A stretch of DNA of 64,000 bases from an uncultured virus (IMG/VR IMGVR_UViG_2675903165_000002) (IMGVR_UViG_2675903165_000002); one strand, 5' to 3'. Shown: positions 30,766 to 41,695, numbered from the stretch's first letter. Made by a program: numbers and translations. Notes: generated by a model not told the origin, from the sequence alone.

Positions 30766-33700
30766 ACCTTATTTGGTTTACGTGATGACATAATAATTTG
30801 ATGTAAATAATATTTGCTTCTGAAATCTATAACTGAAGCAAGTAAAGGTGAAAGATTTACAAAATGAATATTAGGTGGGAGATTCTTTATCTTTCCTCTA
30901 CCTGATGTTACAATTATATTTGACAATGACGAATAATGATTTAGCCATTTGTGAACAGCAGTTTCTTTATTTTGCGCCTTATTAAAAAAGCGTTCAATAA
31001 TACTGTAATGAATAACCAAATAATTTTCCATTGATAGAAAGGGTATTATAAAATTTTCTATTTCCTTCTTTACTATATCCATATTATTTGCCCCCAGATC
31101 AATTGTCTTTTCAGGAACAAAAATTCTGCTATGATGATAATATTCGGCAAAACTATGCCCTTCATAAAATAAATTATTTGCAGCATACTGAACCCTTTCA
31201 TCAAGAATAATTATATTTGTCTTAGCAGCTTCTGTGATTGAGAAATAAAGTTCAGGATAAAGCAACTTATCATTTATCTCATCCTTAATACATGATTGAT
31301 ACTTAGTTAAGGGTGACGTTGATGTACCCGCGGTAAATTTAAAAAATGATGGTAATTTTTGCTGACCGTTACTCGATAGGGCTTCAATGTAGTTATTGTT
31401 ACATTTGTCGTTAAACCATTTTTCAAAGAATTTTTTTTGGCATTCTGACAATGTATTTTTACCGTGATTTAAAATATGTATTTCCTGACTTTCGGAGTTT
31501 TCAGGAACTGCTGTACTTATACATAAATCATAGCAGTTCACTTGTTTGGCCCACTGTTCCCAAAAAAGTTTCATTACATTTTCTGCACTTGAGGGAAAAC
31601 CTTCTAAGGATTTAATTTCCATTATTCGCTTTGGAAGTAGTGTCTTATATTTTGCTACTTTTATTGCGGTATCGTTAATATCAATTACTGTTTCGGTTTC
31701 GTTTATCAAGTTTTTTGTGTTATCATCTTCATACACCAAAAATTGGTGATTGAATACTTTACCTTTTTTTATTTCCTTTTGAAAATCTTCAAAAGATAGC
31801 TGTTGAAAGCCATTATTCTCAAACTCAGACGAAAGCTGATAATCGCCGATTAAAAGTACCTCAGTGGGTTTAAGTACAAAAAAACGATACCCTAAATAAA
31901 ATCTTTCTGCTTCATTTTCCTGTTGTGTTTTGGCTTTAATCTTGAGAGCTTTTAGAATATTAAAATTGTCTTTGCTGTTAAATATATTTTCATTGTACTC
32001 TATATTATAATCATCATCTTCTAAATTAGAAACATCTAAATGTCTTAAATAGCAAGCAGATGCCTCCATTTCAATTAAACCTAAACTGGAGGAGCGAAGC
32101 GTATTGTCATCCTTTTTTAAAATGCTGTCATTAAGCTTTTTATTTTGATTATAAACTAAATAGTCTATAGTAGATATTTGAGCTTGGTTGTCGGTTTGGG
32201 TTTTATCATAGTACTCATCTTTCTCTTCTTTTGAAAGTTTATCTGCACTGCCTGATACAACAACATTATCATAAATATTTACTTCATAAAGCAAATTAGC
32301 TTGATGAAGTAAATGTTCTTTGAATCCATTTGTGTTTATAGGTTTTAACTCAATGGTAAATATTATGCTATTATTGTTTGGGTTATCAACGTTTATTTTA
32401 TCGCTATGCTTAGCAGTATTACGAATGACGTTCTCTATGATATTATAAAATGCTTGACAACCCAAAATATCATTGGGCATTGCTACAACTGGGTCTATTT
32501 CAAATTCGTTTTCACTCCTCTTTATTCGAGAATCAATATTAATTGAATAATGAAAATCTGATAAACCAGAAATGTTTTCTAAAAGTAATCGTACATCATC
32601 TAAATCTGATAGCACTTCCGAATGCAATCGTTTATTTACACGCATTGCAGGAATACCAAAGGTAATATCAGATAGATAGTCCATTCGACATTTGATGTAG
32701 TTGTTAAATTTAGAAAGCTGGTCTAATATATTTTCATTTTTTAGCACTTTATTAGTATAAATGCTGTCATAACTTTTAAAGTCTTCCAATCTTAATTGAG
32801 AAATATCTCCTGTTAGTTTATTTAGTACATGGCTTCCAATATTGTGACTTGAGTTACGAGCCATCACTTGGGAAATAGCGGCTTTTGTAGAAGGAATAAT
32901 AAGCTCTTTCTTAAGAACATTCTTTAGGTAATCCTCTTGAATAATTTTCTCTGCAAATATCTTTACAATTTCTTTTGTTAGTTGAAATCCATCAGCAGAA
33001 TCATTATCTTCATCAAACACACCATCTTGAAGTAATAAGTAGCGAGTTTTAATATACAAAACCAACAATAAAGGAGAATAGATTTCCAATTCAACGCCGT
33101 TCACACATGAGGTTTTTAGGATAGGTTTATTTTTTTCGGTATATAGTGGAAACACAAAAAGATCATGAAAGATAACTTCTTGATTTTCGCTGTCGAAAAT
33201 TAAAAGTGAAGCTTCTATATCGAATCTCGATATATGCTTTAATATTTTAAATTTCTCTTCTTTCAAATTAAAAGAACCATCAATACTCTCTTGAATAAAT
33301 TCATTAATCAAACCATCAACTATTCCTTCAAAGAGTTTATATGTCTGCTCCTTCCATTTATCATTCTTAACATTTTCATTTACTATGGAGTATATCTTAG
33401 TTCTTTGTTCTATTTCACATGCTTTATTCCAGTTTTCTAAAGGAATATGCAATTTTTCATGTAATTTATTTTGGCCAATTTTTTGTTCAATACTCAAGGC
33501 AAATTTTATCAAATAAGTAAAAACGAGATGTTCTTTATCTTTTTTATAATAACTACTTAAACTCGTCTTATTTAAATAACAATAGGCAAATTGATAGAAT
33601 ATAATTTCGTCAAATAATACAACATAATAGTCCGTTTTTTCCCTGATTTGACAGGGAATAAAGCAGTTGAGGCATTTATCTGAAATTAGTTCAGTTGTTT

Positions 33701-34136
33701 CATTTCCTTTTCGTTGAATAGGCAGATGTTGGTATAATTTGGGTGCTTCTTTTATTGATTTAAATTTTGCCTGAGAATTAGTAAACAATTTCGACACCAG
33801 ATTGGTATATGTATTACTACCTTTATCACTACAGTAGAAATATGGAATATAAGGTGCTTGAAATTCATTAGTCCTATCGTTGTGTAATACATTAGGAATA
33901 TCTAAGAAATATTTCATTTCCTGACTGTATGGATCATACTCAGAAAAATATCCATATATTACACCCAAATCTTTTAAAGTGTTTTCAAACAAAATTTGCC
34001 ATTTTGTTTTGCCATTTTCATCACGATTTTGATCAGCCCAAATTTCAACTATTTGAAGTTCTTTACAAACACCTAAAAAGATGTTTGTAAACTTTAATTT
34101 AAGATCATTGCTTGCTTTTTGTACATCGTTGCACAT
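30762..34136 (-). CDS. Large GHKL/histidine-kinase-like protein with C-terminal receiver-like region
   Basis: H-box-like ARNSSHNIGSHVL, N-box FYNIIENVIRNTAKH, IYDN, LGL.EM; C-terminal IIILDERVQ...IIVTSGRG. Confidence 0.65.
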   Translation of the reverse strand: MCNDVQKASNDLKLKFTNIFLGVCKELQIVEIWADQNRDENGKTKWQILFENTLKDLGVIYGYFSEYDPYSQEMKYFLDIPNVLHNDRTNEFQAPYIPYFYCSDKGSNTYTNLVSKLFTNSQAKFKSIKEAPKLYQHLPIQRKGNETTELISDKCLNCFIPCQIREKTDYYVVLFDEIIFYQFAYCYLNKTSLSSYYKKDKEHLVFTYLIKFALSIEQKIGQNKLHEKLHIPLENWNKACEIEQRTKIYSIVNENVKNDKWKEQTYKLFEGIVDGLINEFIQESIDGSFNLKEEKFKILKHISRFDIEASLLIFDSENQEVIFHDLFVFPLYTEKNKPILKTSCVNGVELEIYSPLLLVLYIKTRYLLLQDGVFDEDNDSADGFQLTKEIVKIFAEKIIQEDYLKNVLKKELIIPSTKAAISQVMARNSSHNIGSHVLNKLTGDISQLRLEDFKSYDSIYTNKVLKNENILDQLSKFNNYIKCRMDYLSDITFGIPAMRVNKRLHSEVLSDLDDVRLLLENISGLSDFHYSINIDSRIKRSENEFEIDPVVAMPNDILGCQAFYNIIENVIRNTAKHSDKINVDNPNNNSIIFTIELKPINTNGFKEHLLHQANLLYEVNIYDNVVVSGSADKLSKEEKDEYYDKTQTDNQAQISTIDYLVYNQNKKLNDSILKKDDNTLRSSSLGLIEMEASACYLRHLDVSNLEDDDYNIEYNENIFNSKDNFNILKALKIKAKTQQENEAERFYLGYRFFVLKPTEVLLIGDYQLSSEFENNGFQQLSFEDFQKEIKKGKVFNHQFLVYEDDNTKNLINETETVIDINDTAIKVAKYKTLLPKRIMEIKSLEGFPSSAENVMKLFWEQWAKQVNCYDLCISTAVPENSESQEIHILNHGKNTLSECQKKFFEKWFNDKCNNNYIEALSSNGQQKLPSFFKFTAGTSTSPLTKYQSCIKDEINDKLLYPELYFSITEAAKTNIIILDERVQYAANNLFYEGHSFAEYYHHSRIFVPEKTIDLGANNMDIVKKEIENFIIPFLSMENYLVIHYSIIERFFNKAQNKETAVHKWLNHYSSLSNIIVTSGRGKIKNLPPNIHFVNLSPLLASVIDFRSKYYLHQIIMSSRKPNKV

Positions 34137-34867
34137 TATAATATAGACATCATTTGATTATAAACTTCTTTGAATAATAAGGAGCTTGTAAAGCTATCAT
34201 CTCTATCGGAGCTATTGGCTAGATTAGTAACATTTATTTGTTTTGATATAACAGTTGGTGGTGGGGAGAAAGCAATTATTCTATCTGATAAAACAATTGT
34301 TTCTTCATAATCATGGCTAATAAAAATAGCTGTTACTTCGTTTTTTTTTATATAGTTACGCAACTTCAAAAGCAATTTATGTCGTATTGTCTTTTCAATC
34401 CCTACCATTGCTTCATCAAAGCAAAGTATGTCTGATTTTATTGCCAATCCTCTTGCTAAAGCAGTTCGTCTGGACATACCGCCAGAAAGCATACTTGGTA
34501 ACTTTTGAGAGTGATTTGACATATTAACCAACTCTAATACCTCAGCTGATGAAAGTGAGGTATTAGCAGTATTTTTTGACCAAATTTCAATATTTTCTTT
34601 TACTGAAAGCCAAGGTAGTAGGTCATTATCTTGTGGTACATAAGAAATTGGTGATTTAAATTCTGCGGCTTCTACCCCTCCAATAGTAACACTGCCACTT
34701 TTTGGAGTATTAATTCCTAAAACCAGTTTCATTATAGAACTTTTTCCACAACCCGAAGGCCCGAAAAAAGTAACTATCTCACCCTTGTTTATTGACAAGT
34801 TGAATGATTCAACTATTACATTGTTGCCAAATGCAAGGTCAATATCATTAAACTTTATTTGTTCCAT
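34136..34867 (-). CDS. ABC transporter ATP-binding protein (NitT/TauT), standard code
   Basis: GPSGCGKS, LLPWLSV.EN, LSGGMSRR, FDEA, ISHD. Confidence 0.9.
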   Translation of the reverse strand: MEQIKFNDIDLAFGNNVIVESFNLSINKGEIVTFFGPSGCGKSSIMKLVLGINTPKSGSVTIGGVEAAEFKSPISYVPQDNDLLPWLSVKENIEIWSKNTANTSLSSAEVLELVNMSNHSQKLPSMLSGGMSRRTALARGLAIKSDILCFDEAMVGIEKTIRHKLLLKLRNYIKKNEVTAIFISHDYEETIVLSDRIIAFSPPPTVISKQINVTNLANSSDRDDSFTSSLLFKEVYNQMMSIL

Positions 34868-35604
34868 GGAAATAGTTTTTTTCTCATTAAAACCAATGAC
34901 CTGTCGGTAAGAATACCAATCAAGCCGATTACAATGATGTAAGCAAATATTTTGTCTGTTGCTAAGTATCGCTGTGCTCTAATCATGGCATAGCCAATGC
35001 CGTATTCAGCTCCAACAATTTCAGCTACTATTAAATATGTCCATGCCCAGCCCAAACAAATTCTTGAATTGTCTAAGATGCTTGGGGCACTTCCTTTAGC
35101 AATTACATTCTCAATGTATTTTAGCTTCGACCATTTTAATGCAAAATTGAAAGATGAATATTTTTTTTCTATTGCAGTCGCTGAATCGTAAAACATAGGA
35201 ATCATTTGAGCAAATGTTCCTAATACAATAATAATGATTTTACTCATATCCTCAATGCCAAACCACAAAATTATGATTGGGATAAAAACTGGAACTGGCA
35301 GGTAGCGAAAGAACTCAATAAAATAAAAAATAGTATCTTTAAGTTTGTTATTTAACAAAGAAGCAAAAGAAATAGGATAGGCTATTAAAAATGAAATTAA
35401 AAAGCCTACAAAAACTCTATACCAACTGCTTAAAAGATCCTGCCAAAACTCTACTTGCTGCAACATACTCCAAAGAGAAAAAAGAGTATGTTGTGGGCTT
35501 GGCAGAAAGATTGTTTTTACTCCATAAATATTTGAGAAAAAACACCAAACCCCTACTAATATAATTAGCAGGGATAGAGGATAAATTGCGTTAGAAACCT
35601 TCAT
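34855..35604 (-). CDS. ABC transporter permease (NitT/TauT), standard code
   Basis: LPSP, RYLP, WFGI, GWAWTYLIVAE...GIGY. Confidence 0.9.
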   Translation of the reverse strand: MKVSNAIYPLSLLIILVGVWCFFSNIYGVKTIFLPSPQHTLFSLWSMLQQVEFWQDLLSSWYRVFVGFLISFLIAYPISFASLLNNKLKDTIFYFIEFFRYLPVPVFIPIIILWFGIEDMSKIIIIVLGTFAQMIPMFYDSATAIEKKYSSFNFALKWSKLKYIENVIAKGSAPSILDNSRICLGWAWTYLIVAEIVGAEYGIGYAMIRAQRYLATDKIFAYIIVIGLIGILTDRSLVLMRKKLFPWNK

Positions 35605-35605
35605 T

Positions 35606-36592
35606 CTATTTTTGTATGAGGCTGGTATTGACCATGCTTTCCGTATTTAAATCTTTATTAATAAATCCATTCTCTTTCCAGAACACATTAATATTTGAAA
35701 GTAAGTCAAATAAATTATTTGGAGTTGTCTTGTCAATTAGTTTTTTATTCAAATCTTTTGTTTGAATATCTACTACCGAAAGAATATCTCTCACATCTTG
35801 AATCTTCATCCCCATGCCTTCCGAAATTATTTTTTGAGATTCTTCTTTATGAGAATAGTAGTAGTCTGCACTTTTGAACCATGCTCTTAAAAATTTTTCA
35901 TAATGCTCTTTGTTAACCCCCATAACTTTATCTCTGTTGATAATCAAAAGCCCAGGAATAAGAGTTGGATACTTCTTGGTATCGATCAAAACATGTAATC
36001 CTTTTTCTTTTCCAGCTTGTGAAAGCCAAGGCTCGTAAGTTACAGCTGCATCCACTTGTCTTGCGATAATTGCATTACCTGCAATTTGAGGATCTGCAAC
36101 TGGTTTGAAATGCACACTTTTTAAATCAATATTATTTGCTTTCAAAATATATCTTAAAAAGAAATCGCTGGGAGATGCTTCTGCGTAAGCAATTGTTTTC
36201 CCTTTTAACTGTTGTAGGTCAGTTATAGAATCACTTGAAACTAATCCGTCACCTCCATCTGACTCGTCAGTAATTCCAATGACTTGTGCAGGGAAACCAG
36301 TTTCATTATAAATCAATAACTGGTCAAGTGTGCTGGCTACATCCACATCAATCTGCCCTGAAATCAATGATGCTCTTTTGGTATCAAAGTTTTCAATTTT
36401 CTTAATATCAATCTCAACTCCTTCTTCCTTGAAGAAACCCATTTTGTCGCCTATGTAAACCATTCCACCACCAGGCCAAGAATGTACTCCAACTGTAATC
36501 TTGTTGGTTGATGTTTTCTGCATTTTGAAATAAGCAACTGTCCCTCCAATAACCACAAATGCTGCGATTAGAATTACGATATATTTTTTCAT
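35606..36592 (-). CDS. ABC substrate-binding protein (NitT/TauT/SsuA-like), standard code
   Basis: N-terminal anchor; WPG, GFFKEEG, DESDGGDG, VDAAVTYEPW. Confidence 0.9.
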   Translation of the reverse strand: MKKYIVILIAAFVVIGGTVAYFKMQKTSTNKITVGVHSWPGGGMVYIGDKMGFFKEEGVEIDIKKIENFDTKRASLISGQIDVDVASTLDQLLIYNETGFPAQVIGITDESDGGDGLVSSDSITDLQQLKGKTIAYAEASPSDFFLRYILKANNIDLKSVHFKPVADPQIAGNAIIARQVDAAVTYEPWLSQAGKEKGLHVLIDTKKYPTLIPGLLIINRDKVMGVNKEHYEKFLRAWFKSADYYYSHKEESQKIISEGMGMKIQDVRDILSVVDIQTKDLNKKLIDKTTPNNLFDLLSNINVFWKENGFINKDLNTESMVNTSLIQK

Positions 36593-36613
36593 TTTTAATT
36601 ATTTAGATATAAT

Positions 36614-37225
36614 TTAACTGCTTTTGAGAATTGATAAAACCTTTTGTTGCATTTCATTTGAATTATCAAGTTTAAATTTGCTTAATGCTACATGGATGTC
36701 GGTTTTGTTTCCTATTGCCTTTAATCCCAAAATATAAATCCATTTTTTTGAATTGGGAAATTTTTTATCATAAAATCTCTTTTCAGAGAAACTTACAAGG
36801 TTTGCTGAACCCCCTGCGAACTTGGTGTAATCCAATTTCCATTTTTCCCAATTATCAGTTACAAACTCAAATATTTCTTTGTGCATTTTTTCTGTAAGTT
36901 GGCTATTGTTAAGCAATGGCCACATCAAGAAATATCTTCTTTCATAATCATCAGTATTATTCCAAAATGTAATGAGATACTTTTTAATTAATTCAAGGTG
37001 TAGCACTCTATTTACTAAGTTTAGCCCTAAATAGCATAGATTTATGTCCTCAGATTTAATCAAAGAAATAATCACTTCCACATCTGAATCAATTACTTGT
37101 TCTCTCAAATAGTCAACTAATGGAAAGCTATTCATATCATCTAACATTGAATTAGAGAATGAAGATTTATTCCTAACATCATTAAGAATTTTTTCTGCCA
37201 AATAATTTAGAGTATCTGTTTCCAT
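36614..37225 (-). CDS. Hypothetical helical protein
   Basis: 203-aa ORF in the operon with short spacers. Confidence 0.6.
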   Translation of the reverse strand: METDTLNYLAEKILNDVRNKSSFSNSMLDDMNSFPLVDYLREQVIDSDVEVIISLIKSEDINLCYLGLNLVNRVLHLELIKKYLITFWNNTDDYERRYFLMWPLLNNSQLTEKMHKEIFEFVTDNWEKWKLDYTKFAGGSANLVSFSEKRFYDKKFPNSKKWIYILGLKAIGNKTDIHVALSKFKLDNSNEMQQKVLSILKSS

Positions 37226-37231
37226 TTTTAA

Positions 37232-38050
37232 TCAGCTATTTACCATAACATTATCTCTTATTACTATTAAAGAACCATTAGGGTCGGGAACTACATTGAC
37301 TTCAATTTTTTTAGGCTCAATGGTGGTATATTTCCCCCTGTTATTATACCAGCACTTTTGAAATTCGTCCATGAAATCGGGGCCACTTTTGAGATTGCTG
37401 ATTGTTACCCATCTCCACAATTCATTGAAGTCAGTTTCAATGTAAACATTCATTGCGTAATCAAGTAATTCATTGAACTCATTACCTGCTCTTAAAAATG
37501 CAAACTTTGCATAACGAAAAGCTTCAATTTCAAATTGAAGAAAGTCTTCTTTATAATTGCCTCCGAATTTGTTTCTATATTCTGTCAAAATAAAATTCAA
37601 ATCAAGCGGCTTTGGATAATTAAGAAAGTCTGTAATCTTTTTATACTTCTCGTGTTCCATCCTTTGCACTAAATGACCGTAAATGTGTCCGATACTTAAA
37701 TAAATGCTTAGAAAGTCAATATTTCTTGGGTTTACACAGATGTTGTTTCCTTGTAACTCTGCAACAGGAAGGTATCTCCAATTTTGACCTTCGTTACGTT
37801 CCCATTGTTTTTCTTCGTCATACACCCTGTCAGTGAATGTTACATGGATGTTTCGTTCTTTCAAGTAGCTAATCACATTCCGCAACATATCCAATTTGTC
37901 TTCTATGGTAAGCCCTAATTCCTTCTCATATTCAAAAACTGGTGTGAATTTGAGTTCATAGAATTCAGGGATATTAAGTGGATTATATCCGAGCGTACTG
38001 TTTTTCTCTATTAAGTCATATGTTAAACATAAATAATTTTTCATTATCAT
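37232..38050 (-). CDS. Hypothetical protein with zincin-like HxxxH...E motif
   Basis: SIGHIYGHLVQ and downstream FEIEA; first gene of the operon. Confidence 0.55.
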   Translation of the reverse strand: MIMKNYLCLTYDLIEKNSTLGYNPLNIPEFYELKFTPVFEYEKELGLTIEDKLDMLRNVISYLKERNIHVTFTDRVYDEEKQWERNEGQNWRYLPVAELQGNNICVNPRNIDFLSIYLSIGHIYGHLVQRMEHEKYKKITDFLNYPKPLDLNFILTEYRNKFGGNYKEDFLQFEIEAFRYAKFAFLRAGNEFNELLDYAMNVYIETDFNELWRWVTISNLKSGPDFMDEFQKCWYNNRGKYTTIEPKKIEVNVVPDPNGSLIVIRDNVMVNS

Positions 38051-38169
38051 TTAATTTATTAGTTTGAATTTGTTACTATATAATTAAGGAATAGGAACAT
38101 CTATAAAATTAGTGAAAGTTGCTTTAATGCAAAATAATAGTGATAGTAAAACGGCCTACGGCCTATCCC

Positions 38170-38672
38170 AATCCAGCTAAAGCTGGGGGCTTTTACTCCG
38201 CCATTGGCGGAATTTTTCATCGTTCTTCTATACATTCTTTCATTAACTTCTCACACAGTACAGATGAAGTATCATCTTACTCGCTTTCAAGACAACTATT
38301 TTCGATAAAACTTTTTGATGTATTACTTATGTTCTTCCATATCTCAGGGTTTCTTTGAAGTAGCTCATTTTATTTTTGTACCACATCAGGAAAATGTCAT
38401 GGTTGTAACAGAATGGATATATATACATGATATCTTTCCATTCAAATTCTTATCACCTTCACAAATATCCTTGATCATTTCTTCAAGCAACGGTTCTAAT
38501 TTCTTATGTATCCATCTCTTTCTGTACTTCGTCACCCGAACCAAATGATATCTACAATCATATACTGTATCTCATCAACTTCTAATAGTATGGCATTACG
38601 CTTCTTTTACAGACTTGATCCTTCTCATATTAAGGACTAAGTCTTTCTTGTCCAGCTGAAGCTGGGGGCACC
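38170..38672 (-). mobile_element. tnpA: Degenerate IS200/IS605-family element (tnpA remnant) in the recoded code
   Basis: Minus strand reads VYDCRYHLV[CGG]VTKYRK, KIK[TGA]ATS and R[TGA]YFICTV[TGA]EVNE, with frameshifts/deletions; flanked by two ccagct(a/g)aagctgg hairpins at 38173 and 38652. Confidence 0.75.
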
Positions 38673-38959
38673 CATCCCACGATGTGGAAATAAAATTATG
38701 ATGAATCATTATTAACCTTTTCAAAAATAATAAATAAATTAGAATTATCCTTAAATATAGTTTCACCTTTAAAGTTAAATTCGTATAGACTTGCGGGTGA
38801 TGTTTGTGCTTACTAATAATATATTTATATAAAATATTATTGTAAAGGCTAAAACTGGGTACTAATTTAGTAAAAAAAGAGAGCTTAATCTAAATATTTG
38901 TTCTTATTTTTATTTACTTATTGTATATCAATTTGGTGCTTGAGCAGATACTGATAGGG

Positions 38960-39620
38960 AACTAATACCAGCATGTGCCCTCTTTAAAAATTATAAAAAT
39001 GTCTAAACTGCTGCAATATTTTTCGTGCCTGCCGCAAATAATTCATTTCAAACCACTGAAAAACAATACTTTCCATGACGGGATGATAGGCTTCAATATA
39101 CAGATGCTGTGGCGTAGGTTTGATAAATTCTTGTTTGGCTTGCTTCTGGCGGAAATACTTTTATACTCCATGTAGAACTAAATTGGCTGACATTGGAACT
39201 TTTGACATAAATCTTTTTTTGAAAAAGTACTTGTAACACCAAGAATCACGACCTCTTTACTTAGTGTTACAAGTACAATATTGACCAAATTTTATTTTAA
39301 ATTTATATTCAGTCCTGTCAAGAACTGCATTCTCGCTGATTAGTAATATATTTTATTTAAAAACCCTGATAGTAAAAGGGAACTCAGGTTTAGAAAATCA
39401 AGTCTTTAGCCCAAGTACAGGGGCACGCTTGAAACTAATTGCGTACTCGCTTCGGATTATTTCACTCTGTTCTCCTAATTTATAAACCGAGTGCTTGCCC
39501 ATTTTAAAACCTAATTCATCCAGAAGATAAATATATGATTTATAGTAATCATAGTCCAAAAAGTGCTTGGCAAACAAGACTTGTAATTTATCGAGCAAAT
39601 CTTGAACTGTTTTTGGCCAC
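38960..39620 (-). pseudogene. IS3-family transposase remnants
   Basis: Fragments FLDYDYYK...MGKHSVYKL (HTH-like) and QEFIKPTP...IEAYH...FYN (integrase-core C-terminus-like). Confidence 0.45.
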
Positions 39621-39776
39621 TATTGCAGTCAGAACTACTCACATGGCCGCGGCATAAGGAATGTAAGAATATTTTTGTATGAATTATTTAGCTTCTTTCT
39701 TTTATATCACTACCCGCACCTACCTCAGAGAAATCCCCAACCTATCTTATTGGACAAATTGGGGAGGATATGTTGT

Positions 39777-40088
39777 TTAGTATTCTTCTGGTGTGAGGAT
39801 AGTAAAATGGTGATATTCTAAGTTGCCCATTAACTTATTTTCCTGTAAACAACTGCGAGGTGTAGCATCTATCACCCATATTTTTTGCTGACTTTCGGGC
39901 TGATAAAATACCTGCAAATAATCTATACCACCTTGCGCTTTGGCCAAGTCTTGCAACTCTGCTATGATGCTTTGTAGTGCTTGTGGATTGAGTAATGCTT
40001 GTGCTCAAGGAGTGACAAAGGGTGTGCCATCAAAGAAGAAATCGCCAGTGGCTAATTCAGGTGTTTTTCTGGTTCGTGTGTTGTTCAT
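39777..40088 (-). CDS. Small mobile-element protein ending TILTPEEY, intact if TGA=Gly (absent from the ORF track)
   Basis: MNNT[CGA]TRK...FVTP[TGA]AQALL...GIDYLQVF...KIWVID...FTILTPEEY-TAA, 103 aa. Confidence 0.7.
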
Positions 40089-40757
40089 GGAAAGATAGAT
40101 TGAAGGAGTAAAACGTAGCTATTTAAGAGCTACGGCCTGCTGTCAATCGCCAGCCCTCAAGGTCAAAGACCTATCGATGCGGGGAAGAACCGATTTTTGG
40201 GCAAGGTCTCCTCGAAGCCCAAAAACGAGTTCGATACCAGTGTAGGATATGGTCTTGACGGCGAGTAAGGCGCAGCGATTATACTCAAGGCAGTGCGATA
40301 AGAACTTCTTGTTTTGTACCATATACTAATCTTTGGCTATTCTTCCTTTATTCATATTCAATAATTCTTACCTATTCCCCAATCCTTAACGTATTAACCC
40401 CTGTCGGGCAGATGAATGCGATGTTAGTAAAGCCCTCAGCCAAGAGGAATGTGATGAAAGAAAGGCCGCGCCAACGACTCACCTTCCCACAAGAAAAAAA
40501 ACTAAAAAGATAAAGATAAACAAAAAAAAGCCCCGAACGCGGAGGGAACGGAGAGCCGCCGCAACGTAAGCCTCCTTATTGGCTGGAGTGAGGAGGAACG
40601 TAGAGAGGGAGAAGTGAGGGGAATTGAATGTAATAAGTGGTGTAAAATATTGTTTATAAGTGTATTGTGTGCTGTTTGGGGTAACCTTTAAGATGTATCA
40701 AAAATGTACTCATAAATGTAACTAAAAAGGTAGGGTAAATGTAGCGTAAATGTAATA

Positions 40758-41666
40758 TTACGTTCCATAGAGCCTTAGTAACTCATTTGTCCAGTGGGTG
40801 AAGTTCTCCAACATTTTGGTATTGAAAATAAGCGGCTTTGGGCTGTGTTGTGGTGTGGCAAATGTTCCAAACTTTTCTACCCAATAAGCATAGTTGGCCA
40901 GTTGTTCAGCGGAAGCGGCACAAGGGAACAAAAAGAAAATATCCTTGTCTTGTGCTAAAGCCTTATTCTTGGGATTTTGCAAAATGTCAGTGAGCCTTTC
41001 CATCGAAATACGGTTTCGTTTATAGAGTGTTTGGGCTCGTTGCACCCGTTCACTGACCGATAATTTTGCCTTTAAAATCATACGGACATAGGCACGTGCT
41101 GCCTCACTTTCTCCTCATAATTCATGGTCAGGCGCAGGTTCTGCATGGGGCATTTTCTCCATGACCATCACTTTTAAAATATCTTTTAATAACTGTTGTT
41201 GTTGGGCTTGGTTGGGGCAATATTGTAGCTCAGGCAGGAAAGATTCCTGCACCTGATAGGCAAAACCTCGTTTGCGTTTTGCTACCATTTCGGGATTATT
41301 TTCCTCTGGCCACTGCTTGGCCAAAAGGGCAAAGGTGTCCTTGGCCTTCGCCGCATTTTGCAACACCTTGTCCAAAGACGGCAAGCCAATATCATAAGTT
41401 TTGGGGCTGCGTTCTCGACCATTTTTGCTACGTTGATAGGGTTCAAATACAACTTTTCCGTCAAGCTGAATCTTGAGCGTAAAATCCGTATCAAAAAACT
41501 TTCCTGTTGCCCAAAGGCTGACTTCTTGGGACATTCGCAAGGTTAGCGGCTCGGTCTCAATCCCTGTATTGGTGGCTATCAAAGGGGCTACGAGAGGTTG
41601 CAAGGCTTTTCGATAAAAGTCTTGTGTAAAATCCTTTATTGCCTGATAAATAGTATATTGTGCCAT
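40758..41666 (-). CDS. Hypothetical protein, one ORF if TGA=Gly
   Basis: Track ORFs 41115-41666 and 40758-41081 share a frame and are separated only by one TGA. Confidence 0.65.
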
Positions 41667-41695
41667 AAAGTAAGGTGCCTGAAAAGGATAAAGAA

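Noticed and set aside
30388..38050. That this operon is also recoded
   Set aside because: ORFs are intact in table 11, TGA acts as a coupled stop at 30762, and CGA falls at conserved Arg.
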